Shown here in pieces: positions 1-10,313 of a DNA stretch of 43,144 nucleotides. Within the stretch, counting starts at the first letter, position 1. The number at the start of each line of letters is the position of its first letter. The stretch comes from Craspedostauros australis (Eukaryota). The stretch lies in NCBI GenBank assembly GCA_030167865.1, contig JALAGF010003010.1, positions 1 to 43,144 on the forward strand, given 5' to 3'. The position numbers were made by a program, and so were the translations under genes. The notes beneath the pieces were generated by a model. It was given only the letters and a program-made list of their open reading frames with translations. It did not search any database and was not told where the DNA came from.

Positions 1-80
1 CAAAGCTGGCTTGTTGTCTTGTTTCGCTGATCTGTTCTTGTGGTTTGGGTTGGCTTGCGTCACTCCGTGCGAAGTAGTTT

Positions 81-250
81 TGTCCGTTTCTTCACGATCC
101 AAATGTCCGTTACGTTCGACCAAACGTCCGTTAGATAGTTCGATAAATTCTTGAGTTTTGTCCGTTCTGTCCGGTTGATTCGTTTGTTTTGTCCGGTCTG
201 TCCGGTCATTTTGTCCGGTTTGTCCGGTCTGTCCGGTCGTTTTGTCCGGT
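81..250. repeat. Imperfect tandem array of TGTCCG(G)T-type units running into an assembly gap
   Basis: About 11 copies of (T/C)GTCCG(G)T at ~81, 104, 126, 159, 168, 190, 199, 212, 221, 230 and 243. One inverted copy (CGGACAAAATG) at ~497-507. Confidence 0.8.
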
Positions 251-355
251 NNNNNNNNNNNNNNNNNNNNNNNNNNNNNNNNNNNNNNNNNNNNNNNNNN
301 NNNNNNNNNNNNNNNNNNNNNNNNNNNNNNNNNNNNNNNNNNNNNNNNNNNNNNN
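251..355. other. Assembly gap (105 N)
   Basis: Run of N characters. Confidence 1.
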
Positions 356-540
356 TCGTGCCTGGACCAACGACAATTGAAGAGCAATAGCGTAACCCTA
401 TCTACGATTTTCAGGATTTCAGGCGATTCACTTTTCTGTCTCAAAGCAGCGTATTAAGTCCCGGTAAATTAGGTCACGATCTAGAAAAGTGAAAATCGGA
501 CAAAATGTTGGGTGTTCCTGGTCTTTGTCTCTGACAACCA

Positions 541-850
541 TGTCACCCTTTTCGCACTGTTGCATGGCGACATTCAGAGACCCCCAAACATGCGCACTCA
601 TCCACCCTAACCTAACCTAATGTAATCTATTCTAACCTACTATTCCACTCCGCGAGACAACACAACAACACAATATTTGTAGAGTAGCAGTAGAGCGCCG
701 AAGGGAGGGGAAGGTCGAACCACGCATCTCCAACGTCGCCCGCTCAGGTGGAAACTCTCTAGGTTCGCCCCCTACTAGCATGTATTCATAAAGCAATATA
801 ATTTAATACCTCATTACCGCAACTTTCATGAATATATGAATGAGAAAACA
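541..850. mobile_element. Candidate solo LTR of an LTR retrotransposon (310 bp)
   Basis: Begins TGT (541) and ends ACA (850). Flanked by an identical 5-bp direct repeat AACCA (536-540 and 851-855). Non-coding, with an AT-rich TATA/polyA-like block at ~785-810. Confidence 0.45.
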
Positions 851-903
851 AACCACGTTTGTATTGAATCATGAATGAGTCATGTTGGACACAGAAAACT
901 ACA

Positions 904-2453
904 TTTGAATCTAAACAGTCGACAGCATATTGTTTGGTACCATCGATACCAGAGTATTTGTCGTCAAAATGCGATACCTCTCAATGGTACCGTGTGGCAG
1001 TCATTTTGATTGGCGGCAAAATTTGAATTTGCGTTTGTGTGTGTCGCAAGTTGTCGGAATCAGAAGGCTAATTAGAGGCCAGCCGTTTCGCCAGGTCGGC
1101 TGTGGATGGTGTCCAAAATGCTGTGGACTGTGGTAGGGAATGTACAGAATTGCTTTAAATTGGGCCATTCCAAGGTCCGTGTGCATCGCGCGGATTTCTC
1201 ACGCTCTCGCGCGCGCGCCAAGCTATTCGACGCTTTTGAAGGGAGGAAAGGCGGCAATTGCGCGGTGGTGGCACGCGGCCTGTTGCAGCACCAACACGCA
1301 CGCGCAGGCGGAACAACACGCAAACACAGCGAGAGATGGTCACGCCACCACGGCAACATGAGTATTGGCGCTGCGCGGAGCGGAAGTACTGATGCAGCGC
1401 GTGCGACATGTCAAACAGTGCAGGGAAGAGGGGGACGGAACTGCAGGAACACACCCACTGATACCCCCATCGACAACAGCGCAAAGAGGGCTCGGGACGT
1501 TGCGATCCGTTACTCCATCACTGGCAAAGAGAGGCGTCTTTGGTGCTGCCGCCAATCCCATCTACGATACGCGCAGCAGACCTGGTGAGGATTCGCACCA
1601 TCCTGTACACCATTGTAGAGCACGGCCATCGCATTCGTTTGGTATCAATACGAGGCGAGAAGAGCACAGCAGAACAAGTAGCACTCGCGAGATACCACAC
1701 ACTCCATCCGTACCTCCCCCTATCTGCACCCTCGTGCCAAACACCACTGGGCCATCAGCATTAACACGATTAGCGCCAACAAGGAGCAACCAAGGAGCAG
1801 CCACCAGCAGAATACATCAGACTCCGAGCACATCAAATACAGGCCAACTCCACCCGAGACAATCAAGCAGAGGAACAAAGCAGCAGAACACAAACAACAC
1901 AACGTCGCACTCTGCTTTTGGAAGTGGAGCAGCAACCATCAACCATCAACAATAGGCACAACCAGCATTGCCAAATTCCAACAAAGCCAACATCCGAGTC
2001 ATCAATCCATTCCTCCAACCACCAAAGACAAGCAACCACTCGACAAGGACACAAGCACCCCAAGCGAGCACACGCTGCAACACACTTCACTTCACTTCGC
2101 ACACTACCAACATCACGAACATCACGAGCCGAAGAGAATAGAGGGTGAACGGTCCCAATCCCATTGTCTGTTTGCACTCCGCCGCACATTTCGGCTGCTC
2201 CACTCAACACTCGAATCGTGCGACGCCACAACACAACATACCCGGACGCAACTACGATTCGGACAGCAGCGGGAGTCAGTTTCAGTGAACCCTGAGGCAG
2301 CAGCCAGCACGTACCTATTATACGAGCGAGCGAGAGAAGATCGCACCTCTACGAGCATCGCAGAGCAGTCCACAAGCCGCACATCTCGAAACAGTCTGAT
2401 CTGCTTCAGGAATTTGTGAGGCCAAAACACCGGAGTCAAGTTTCAAATTTGAA
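904..2453 (+). promoter_or_regulatory. Cluster of E2F-like and CHR-like (TTTGAA) elements upstream of WEE1
   Basis: WTTSSCSS matches at 1009-1016, 1013-1020(-), 1364-1371 and 1549-1556(-). TTTGAA at 904, 1022 and 1235, plus palindromic TTCAAATTTGAA at 2442-2453. Confidence 0.45.
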
Positions 2454-2722
2454 TTCTGCCATTCCTCTCCATCATTCCTGCCCCTCTGTCTCTCCAAAGA
2501 AGAAGTCAGCAGCTCGCGTCCATGAGTTCATGCCAACAATCGACTGCACCAACACTCTTCGACTGTGCCAGACTCCTTTCATACTCATACTCTCAACATC
2601 CTGAACATCAACGTTGCAAGTCAAAGCAGATTGACAAACAGCGAGACCATTGAGTATTGCACAATATCACAACGGCGTACTCTGCAACACTCCCAGCCCA
2701 ACTCAGAATCTGTGAGGAAGAA

Positions 2723-5700
2723 ATGATAAGTGACAGAGCCACATCTTCGCAGGATCACATCATCGGCGCCCCCGCCACGGCTGCGCTGCATGCGCCACAG
2801 TGCACTCGAACTAGAACTCGTACCAATCCATCGACAGCACACCACTCTCAACCAAAGGACGGCACATCATCGGCGTCCTCATCTGCAATGGCATCTGCAC
2901 CCACATCCACATCCACATCTATATCCACGTCTATGACAGCTCCGGTATCTGCAGCACCCAACGGGTTCGCGACAAACACAACCTTCATGTTAACGTCACC
3001 ACCGCAAACAACACGAAAGATGGTCCCACCATCATCGCATCGGACGCAACGTGGCATGGCACAGTTACAGTCGGCTTCCAAAACGCCGAGGATGCAGTCG
3101 TTGAACACGTCGCATCGTCTCTTCTTCGATTACCAGCAAGTCACCAACATATCCGCTGCTGCTGCGGTTGCTGCTGCGCCTCCTCCTGCCGCTCCAGCAC
3201 CTCCTCCACAACCCTTCGCATCACCCATGATGAAGCCTTCGGCATCGGCCAACACCCAATCCAGCACAACACACAACGCGCCGCTCCCACCGATAGCATC
3301 GCCAACTGCAGTACTCAAGCCCATCGATCTCAATTCGGCCTTGCAACCGCACGACGCGAAGGAGCCAACCCCAGGGAGGAAAGAGGGTCAGGACGTGCCA
3401 GACTTCTTGCTTTCCAACAACTTGGAACACAGGACTACCCGTCTCAGAGCAAAAACGCTCACCCCGCACAGGCACGGTCGCATCAACCCGCTCTCACGCA
3501 ATTCGCACTATTCACTGGACCGCCTGCCTGCCACCACGGGCAACTCGACAGGCTTCAGCCATGGTACCAGCACCAACCACTACAACACAGGCAGCCACTA
3601 CAATCAGAATCCCAACTCCGCGTCGGGATTCTACCACCGCAAGAGACATCATGTGGGTCAGTGGAACGTAAAGAGACCAGGGATGGAAGGTCGGGAGCTC
3701 AGCTTCGACGACGAGGCCAGCTTGGACACCAGCATGTACACGGCATCGCCACGGGCATCACCCGAAAGCAACGGTGCTGGCAGGATCTCCAAGTCTCCCA
3801 CCATCGTCCTGAGGGCCACTGCCGGATCTTCACCTTTTCCGCCAGATCCACCGTCCTCCAGGCAGCTACTGAGCTCAGGAAAGGGCAGGAATCATGGCAA
3901 CATTCCGGCGAGGTCGCCAAACTCCATGTTCCGAACGTGGGACGGCCGAACTGTCCAATCGAAGAACCCCTTCTCGCCCATGATCATGGACGGTGCCAGC
4001 ACCCTGCATAACGAGGCAATCATGGCGGCCAACTGCTCACGGTTTGCTTCCACATCCATCCATTACGGAGCCGATCGTCTCTCCTTGCCATCTTCGTTCT
4101 CCGACTCATCGTCGGTCAGCAGGAACGCCGGTGGAGCTCCGTTCCTCCGACACAAGTTCAAGCCATCGCCGACAGCCACAGGATCTCTCTCCATCACCAG
4201 CCCATTTCGTGGAGGCGGTGCAAACAGCGCAAACGAAGGCAGAATTGACACCCCCGGCATCTCAGCAGCAATCAACAACACTGGCAATGACAGTAGCAAT
4301 GCCACTGGCACTGGCACTGGCACTGGCGCCAGCATCAACACGAATGCCAACAGCCATTACCACAACTACAATGCTCAGCAGCGACCGGGACGGCCATCGA
4401 AGGAGTTCTCGTTCACAGGATCGCCGATCCTCGAGTCGTCTCAACAGTCCGACAACCCGACGAGCTTCAGGCTCGCGCATGACGACCAGTACTACTCCCA
4501 CAGCAGCAAAGTGCGGCGGCTTACCAAGGACGATGACGTCGCGTCGCATGCCACCAACAAATCTTTTGATGACGAGGCAGACCAACCAAGAAGGATGAAC
4601 GCTTTCGACGAAGTTGGCAACTGGAAGAGACTGGACCTTCACGTGAAGACCAATTCACCCACCGATGATGCCTCCATGATGGATGCAACCACGACGATGA
4701 GCATTGCCAACAGCACCATCGAGCACACAAAGCAAGAGGCCAACTGCCAGGTGCTGCGCCGTCAGGGTGTGAGCCCAACAGATGTCCTCAGCTTCCCCTC
4801 CCTGCCAAGTCCGTCGTCGCCGTCGCCCATCCCACCGGCAACACCAATGAAGCAACCAAGGGGGCAGTTCTCCCAACCGCCGTTCTATCAAAAGATTCAC
4901 AGATCGGGCGGCAATGAACCAGCCGTGGGGTACGCCTCGATTCGCAAATCAGCTGCTCCACCGCCAACTCCGCTTCCCAACAGAAACAGGAGGAGACGCC
5001 AGGACGCAATCCAAGGCGCCAACGGGACGAGCGTCAACCGCAGATCGCTGAGCCCATCACGCGGCCTCGCGGCCACTCCCACAAGCACGACCACTATCCG
5101 CCACGCCTTCTCCAGAGATGACGATTCGGATTCATGCGATTTCGACGGCATGATCGGAATGGCCGGTGGGCGTCACGACATGACCATCATGTCGGGCGGA
5201 AGCCACGACTCTGGACAGAACGCGTCGCGCTTCACCTCCGACTTCGACATCATCGGCGAACTCGGCAAGGGCAGCTTCGGATCCGTTTACAAGGTGCTTT
5301 CCAAGTTCGACGGCTGTCTCTATGCCATCAAGGCGGCGCACAGGCCGGCGAAGGGAGCGGCCGACAAGGACCGCATGCTGAAGGAGGTGTACGCGCTGGC
5401 AGCGCTGTCGGATCAAGCCGACACGGCCACCTTCCACATCGTGCGATACCATCAGGCCTGGATGGAAGATCAGCGACTTTACATACAGACCGAGCTGTGC
5501 ACCTCCACGTTGGCGGACGAGCTGAAGTGCGGCAACCCGACGTACAAAACCGAGGCGAGACGGTACAAGTGTCTCCGGGAGATCCTGATCGCCCTGGAGT
5601 ACATCCACAGGAACGGCATGGTGCACCTGGACATCAAGCCGGAGAACATCTTCCTCAAGAACGACCAGCACAAGCTTGGCGATTTCGGTCTGGTTTCGGA

Positions 5701-6274
5701 GATCTCCTACCACAAGGACGTGGAAGAGGGTGACTCAAGGTACATGTCCATGGAGCTGCTGTCGGGTGATCATGACGATCTCACCAAGAGCGACGTGTTC
5801 TCCTTGGGCATCACGCTGTTCGAGGTCTGCCTTGGCGGAGCGAAGAGCCTCCCAACGAATGGATCGGAATGGCAGGCACTGCGGTCGGGAACCTTCGAGT
5901 TCCCACCCTCGGACGCGGCCGGCACTCTCACAGGAGGCGCCGCAAGCAAGGCGTCACCATCGGCAAAGGTCTCGGCGACCACGATAACACCGCGGTCGTC
6001 ATTGTCATCGTACGAAAAGAGCGAACGGGACTTGCACAGGATCATCCGGCAGATGATGAACCCGTGCGTCACCCAGCGCCCAAGCGCCAAGGAATTGCTG
6101 ACGCGTCCGCAACTGCTCAGCGAGGAGCAGAAGGCGTTGCTCGTGGAGAAGAACAAGGTTCTGCAAGCCAGTTTGGCACTGGTTGCGCAGCAACAGAAAT
6201 CGAACTCCCGACACCTCACGCCGCTTCCCAAGCGCAAGGGATTGGTTCGTTCCAATACCTGGACCGGTGGGTAA
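2723..6274 (+). CDS. WEE1: WEE1-like protein kinase (CDK Tyr15 kinase), single exon; start at ATG 2723 or 2888
   Basis: C-terminal kinase domain (~5228-6110) with GELGKGSFG, YAIK, KEVYALAAL, HIVRYHQAW, HLDIKPENIF, KLGDFG and the Wee1-typical EEGDSRYM. Wee-box-like NPFSP at ~3965. Long S/P-rich N-terminus. C-terminal LVRSNTW. Confidence 0.93.
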   Translation: MISDRATSSQDHIIGAPATAALHAPQCTRTRTRTNPSTAHHSQPKDGTSSASSSAMASAPTSTSTSISTSMTAPVSAAPNGFATNTTFMLTSPPQTTRKMVPPSSHRTQRGMAQLQSASKTPRMQSLNTSHRLFFDYQQVTNISAAAAVAAAPPPAAPAPPPQPFASPMMKPSASANTQSSTTHNAPLPPIASPTAVLKPIDLNSALQPHDAKEPTPGRKEGQDVPDFLLSNNLEHRTTRLRAKTLTPHRHGRINPLSRNSHYSLDRLPATTGNSTGFSHGTSTNHYNTGSHYNQNPNSASGFYHRKRHHVGQWNVKRPGMEGRELSFDDEASLDTSMYTASPRASPESNGAGRISKSPTIVLRATAGSSPFPPDPPSSRQLLSSGKGRNHGNIPARSPNSMFRTWDGRTVQSKNPFSPMIMDGASTLHNEAIMAANCSRFASTSIHYGADRLSLPSSFSDSSSVSRNAGGAPFLRHKFKPSPTATGSLSITSPFRGGGANSANEGRIDTPGISAAINNTGNDSSNATGTGTGTGASINTNANSHYHNYNAQQRPGRPSKEFSFTGSPILESSQQSDNPTSFRLAHDDQYYSHSSKVRRLTKDDDVASHATNKSFDDEADQPRRMNAFDEVGNWKRLDLHVKTNSPTDDASMMDATTTMSIANSTIEHTKQEANCQVLRRQGVSPTDVLSFPSLPSPSSPSPIPPATPMKQPRGQFSQPPFYQKIHRSGGNEPAVGYASIRKSAAPPPTPLPNRNRRRRQDAIQGANGTSVNRRSLSPSRGLAATPTSTTTIRHAFSRDDDSDSCDFDGMIGMAGGRHDMTIMSGGSHDSGQNASRFTSDFDIIGELGKGSFGSVYKVLSKFDGCLYAIKAAHRPAKGAADKDRMLKEVYALAALSDQADTATFHIVRYHQAWMEDQRLYIQTELCTSTLADELKCGNPTYKTEARRYKCLREILIALEYIHRNGMVHLDIKPENIFLKNDQHKLGDFGLVSEISYHKDVEEGDSRYMSMELLSGDHDDLTKSDVFSLGITLFEVCLGGAKSLPTNGSEWQALRSGTFEFPPSDAAGTLTGGAASKASPSAKVSATTITPRSSLSSYEKSERDLHRIIRQMMNPCVTQRPSAKELLTRPQLLSEEQKALLVEKNKVLQASLALVAQQQKSNSRHLTPLPKRKGLVRSNTWTGG

Positions 6275-6735
6275 GCTACATAGAGTAGAGCACGGGTTTG
6301 TGCCTGACAGATGGTATGGGCGAACAACTGAATGAAGGACAACCTGACGCCGCGATGACCATCAACAGCAGCAACAACTAGCTGCGAACTCAGCATAGAG
6401 AGGTAGAAGAACACAAAATACAGCAATCTAGCAATATCATACTTGTACGTACAGAGTAGCTAGGAGTAACACCGCACACGCTCATGAACGTGAATATGAA
6501 CATGAACATATCTCTCTGAGACCCTCATGGCTCCAGCCACGGCTGATCTCACGACTTTCAAAGGATCCAACACAGTGCAATAGGCACGACCTACGCACAC
6601 ACACATGCGCATACTCGTACCATCCGAGCGCTGAGTTCTCATTTGTCCATTCAGTGTACTACGAGTACGAACATTAGGGTATTGATTTGCTTAGCTTCTA
6701 CGTTTCCTTCATACATGCTCGTACTACTCAACTTT

Positions 6736-9252
6736 TTATTGGGACGTATCCTCCTCCTCCTCTTCTCCCTCCTCCCCCTCGACAGGGGGAAGGCAGTTCT
6801 CGAGCACCATCGCCCTCATGACACCGTAGGGCGCTGTTCGTTTCGTCCAGGCTTCGAACTGGCCCACACCTTGTTCCCACAACATTTCCGATCCACGAAC
6901 AACGGTGCAATCGGCATCCTCCGCTTGCTCCAGCAGCTTCGTCGTGAACGGCTTGTAATTAACATCAAAGATGATGGGCTTGAATGACTCGATGATCCAA
7001 TCCGGAAGCACGAATTCGGCTGCAGCTGGCAAAGTGCTGATGACAACGCGAATGTTGGCATTGTCAATGGATGCGAGGATGTCTTTGAGACTATCGTAAT
7101 CGGAATCGGCTTCTGACGCAGCATCTTCCAGACTGCCGACGACTTGCCCGCCAAATGTTTCGGCCAGATCGGCCGCCTTCGAGGGTGTACGGTTGTAGTA
7201 CACGCTCTTCAACCCCAGCTGATTTGCTGCGTAGGCTGCTGCACGAGCCGTCCCACCACCGCCCAGAATAAGGGCGACGTCCTTTGATGCATCGATTGAA
7301 GATGCACCCATGATGCGTTGCAGTGGGTTGCGAATTCCTTTCCAATCCGTGTTGTCGCCTCGGATGATCCGGTTGACCTCGTCGGTCTCGCGTGGATTGA
7401 TGTCTTCCTCCACAATCAAGGTGTTGACGCTACCGATGGTCTTGGCAGCATCTGTGAGGATGTCGACGTAAGGCATGACCGCCTGCTTGTGAGGGATGGT
7501 GACGCTGCAGCCGCCAAAGTCGATGGATTTGAAGAATTCGGACTCTGTGAACTCTTCCACTTTTTCCACATCGGCTCGGCCGTACTGGTAGGGCAGGCGT
7601 GCCATGGCGAATGCGGCGCCTTGCATCTGGGGGCTGACGGAGTAGGCGATGTTGTGCCCAAGGATGACGAACTTCTTGGCGAGGACGATCTTCATGAGGA
7701 TGCGGGCTGCCATGATTTCATTGGCCGTCATCTGGCCTGGCGCAGCCTTGAAGGGCAGAGATTCGTGCGTGACGGGCGTGAACGGGAGGTTGATGATACG
7801 AGAGAATCTGCCAATATCGCCGAGAACCAAGGAGATATTGGGGATGACGGGCCTGCCATCGCTCTGCGCCAGGCTGGAGGCGAGCAGAGCAGCCTCGTGC
7901 GCCATGCGGTCCTTTGCTTTGTCTTCGATGGAAAGCACGACCTTTGCTCCATGCGCACGACCATCCAGAGCGCATTGCTTGTACAGGTCGACGGCTTCTT
8001 CCGTCGAAATCTCCTTGCCGACGACGTGGTGGCTGCCAAGGATTTGGCTGGCGTAGCGCCCCTTGGCCAAGGCCAGAAGATCATCCGTCTTTTGCGCATC
8101 CCACGCGCTTTCCACATCTAGCACTTCGACGCCTGCGCGCAGCCCCCACTCCAGGAGATCGAACATCTTGGAAATGCCCGCCTCGTCATCGGGATAGGTC
8201 CCTGCCTGATTCTGCGTTCGGACCGTGTAAACGATCGGCATGACGTCTTCCATGACGAACTCGCCGAATGGCAACGCCGGCACTCTCACCGTGTATGGAC
8301 GGCAGTACCTGCGCAGCAGCTGCATGCTGTACAGCAGATCGAAACGGCTGTCACGGCAGTCCAGCAGGTCCGTGCGGTACTCCATGGCATCGACGTCCCT
8401 GCACATCTCTTGGACGTAAGGCTCGACATCTGTGATTTGCGGGAAGCTGAGGGAGAGGAAGAAGGTGTTGTCACCCATCATGAGGTTTGCCGTGTTGGCG
8501 GTCGGCGTCTCGGAACCGGGGATGGCAGATGGCAACCGGGATCTTGCAAGTATCCGTGCTAGCTCCCATTCGATGTGCTCCCATGGAGTTCTGCCCCCGT
8601 CGGTATCTACATGCATCGATCCTTCATCTTTGATGCAAACTTCAAAGTCCGAGTACCGCACAAATACTTCCTCCTCCAATCGTTGCTTGAGACCCGCAGC
8701 ACCGGACTCCATGTTACTGGAGGCTGGATCGACGTTGACGAAGACGGACATCATTCCCAGATCTTCGTAGAGAGTCTTGACGAGGGATGAGTACGACGAC
8801 TCGGTGGCATCCGATGCAGCTGCTTCTGCACCGTCGCCGGTGTAGTCCAAAACAATGACGTTTGGCCATCCGTAGGTTCCATCTTGGATGGATTGCACGA
8901 TATCATCCTGAGACTGCTCGGTTGGACGGATGATGGAGGCCCCCGCCATCAACGATTTGACAGATCCGGCAAGCTTATCGATTTCATTTGCTGCGCTGGA
9001 GCATCCGATCAGCACGATCGGCTTGTCGTAGTCATGGAACATGTGGCTCGGGCTGGAGTCGGATTGCACCGACGCTTCTGTGGCCATATTCAGGAGCGTT
9101 GTGGACTTGGCAGATGCTACCGCATGATTTGCTCCAAATCGGGCGTCGGATGCGATCCCGCCGAAGCCATCGACTGCGATAAGGCCGATCAGCAGACCAA
9201 GGGGGAGGATCTTGGAGGAGATCCTCGAGAGGAGAACTGAATGTGCCACCAT
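6736..9252 (-). CDS. Plastid-targeted type I 3-dehydroquinate dehydratase / shikimate dehydrogenase, AROM-type, with a degenerate N-terminal shikimate-kinase-like domain
   Basis: DHQase motifs [30 protein letters not shown] and [19 protein letters not shown] motifs [35 protein letters not shown] and MLWEQG. From ATG 9252 there is a signal peptide ending VDG|F followed by a transit-like segment. Confidence 0.9.
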   Translation of the reverse strand: MVAHSVLLSRISSKILPLGLLIGLIAVDGFGGIASDARFGANHAVASAKSTTLLNMATEASVQSDSSPSHMFHDYDKPIVLIGCSSAANEIDKLAGSVKSLMAGASIIRPTEQSQDDIVQSIQDGTYGWPNVIVLDYTGDGAEAAASDATESSYSSLVKTLYEDLGMMSVFVNVDPASSNMESGAAGLKQRLEEEVFVRYSDFEVCIKDEGSMHVDTDGGRTPWEHIEWELARILARSRLPSAIPGSETPTANTANLMMGDNTFFLSLSFPQITDVEPYVQEMCRDVDAMEYRTDLLDCRDSRFDLLYSMQLLRRYCRPYTVRVPALPFGEFVMEDVMPIVYTVRTQNQAGTYPDDEAGISKMFDLLEWGLRAGVEVLDVESAWDAQKTDDLLALAKGRYASQILGSHHVVGKEISTEEAVDLYKQCALDGRAHGAKVVLSIEDKAKDRMAHEAALLASSLAQSDGRPVIPNISLVLGDIGRFSRIINLPFTPVTHESLPFKAAPGQMTANEIMAARILMKIVLAKKFVILGHNIAYSVSPQMQGAAFAMARLPYQYGRADVEKVEEFTESEFFKSIDFGGCSVTIPHKQAVMPYVDILTDAAKTIGSVNTLIVEEDINPRETDEVNRIIRGDNTDWKGIRNPLQRIMGASSIDASKDVALILGGGGTARAAAYAANQLGLKSVYYNRTPSKAADLAETFGGQVVGSLEDAASEADSDYDSLKDILASIDNANIRVVISTLPAAAEFVLPDWIIESFKPIIFDVNYKPFTTKLLEQAEDADCTVVRGSEMLWEQGVGQFEAWTKRTAPYGVMRAMVLENCLPPVEGEEGEEEEEDTSQ

Positions 9253-10313
9253 TGCGATCCAACGATGGGATCTGTGAGTAGGTGGTATTGTATTATTGAT
9301 GGATGTGACGAATTCTGTGGGCTCTGTGGGTTCTGTGTGGTGATGCCGATGGCTTCGATGGGCGTGCAAGGATTTGTGTGGTGCTTGTGTTGGTGCCTGT
9401 CCCATGATGGTTGTGACGTGTGTTGCGGACGTCACGTTGCTTGGTGGGTGTGGACAAGAAAGATGCGGTTTTGTGGCAGATCTTTTGATGTGATGTGTTG
9501 TGTCGAAGTGGTCGATCGAGTTAGGTCACGAGCAATTAGAAAATTGTCTGTTGGTCGTGTGAATCCATTCTGGATAGTAAGTGGTAACAACACAAAAAAC
9601 ACCGTTGTTGCTTCCTGGTCGTCTGTGATGCTGTCGCTGTCTTTGTGTTGCGTCTCGTTTCTGTTTGCGCTGAGCAGCGGCAGCGCTCTTTCAGCAACAC
9701 CAGCAACAGTCGCAACACCAGCAATACCAACCGCAACGAACGGCCTCCAACGAGTACCAACTCCCACCCCGCACCGCTTTCAACGAAACGCATCGTTCCG
9801 ATCAAGTTCTTGTCGGTAAGCTTGACCATGGCGTGAGGCCGCGATGTCTTGGAAGATGTGATGATGGGACCAACCAGCGGCGGCGCTTCATGTCCGACTG
9901 TGCCATGAGAGAGATGCTATCACTGCTGTGGCAACCGTCACGGAAGGAGATCCGTCAAGGCAGATGATTGGCGTCAGACAACGTCGAGCAACCCGAGGAG
10001 GGCAGGAATGCTGATTTGGACGTGTGGGCATCACCCTGGTGTTGTATTCCGAGCGGAGGAACGAACGAACGAACAAGCAAACAGTTGTACGCATTGAGCT
10101 CATCAGAAGTTTCGTCTTTGTCTTTGATTTCCTCGCTTCCCTCCGTGCTTTCCTCCTCGGCTGGTGCGTGCGTGCGTGCGTGTGTTGCTGAACAATCAAC
10201 ATGCACACGTTGGAAATGCAAACGCAACAACTGCATCAACTACATATCCATCCGCAACACAGAATTAAACCGCAGTTCCACACGCAGCAACCAAAGAAAC
10301 AAAGACATTCAAA

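Noticed and set aside
81..250. CRISPR-like array
   Set aside because: Units are ~9-13 bp with no unique spacers; eukaryotic context and no cas genes.
151..457. ORFs spanning the N gap
   Set aside because: Artefacts of translating repeats and Ns.
605..620. Telomere-like CCCTAACCTAACCTAA
   Set aside because: Only one true CCCTAA plus two CCTAA units; too short, and internal to the LTR candidate.
1106..2604. Several 60-196 aa ORFs upstream of WEE1
   Set aside because: Mostly non-ATG starts, low complexity from C/A skew and no domain motifs; interpreted as promoter or leader sequence.
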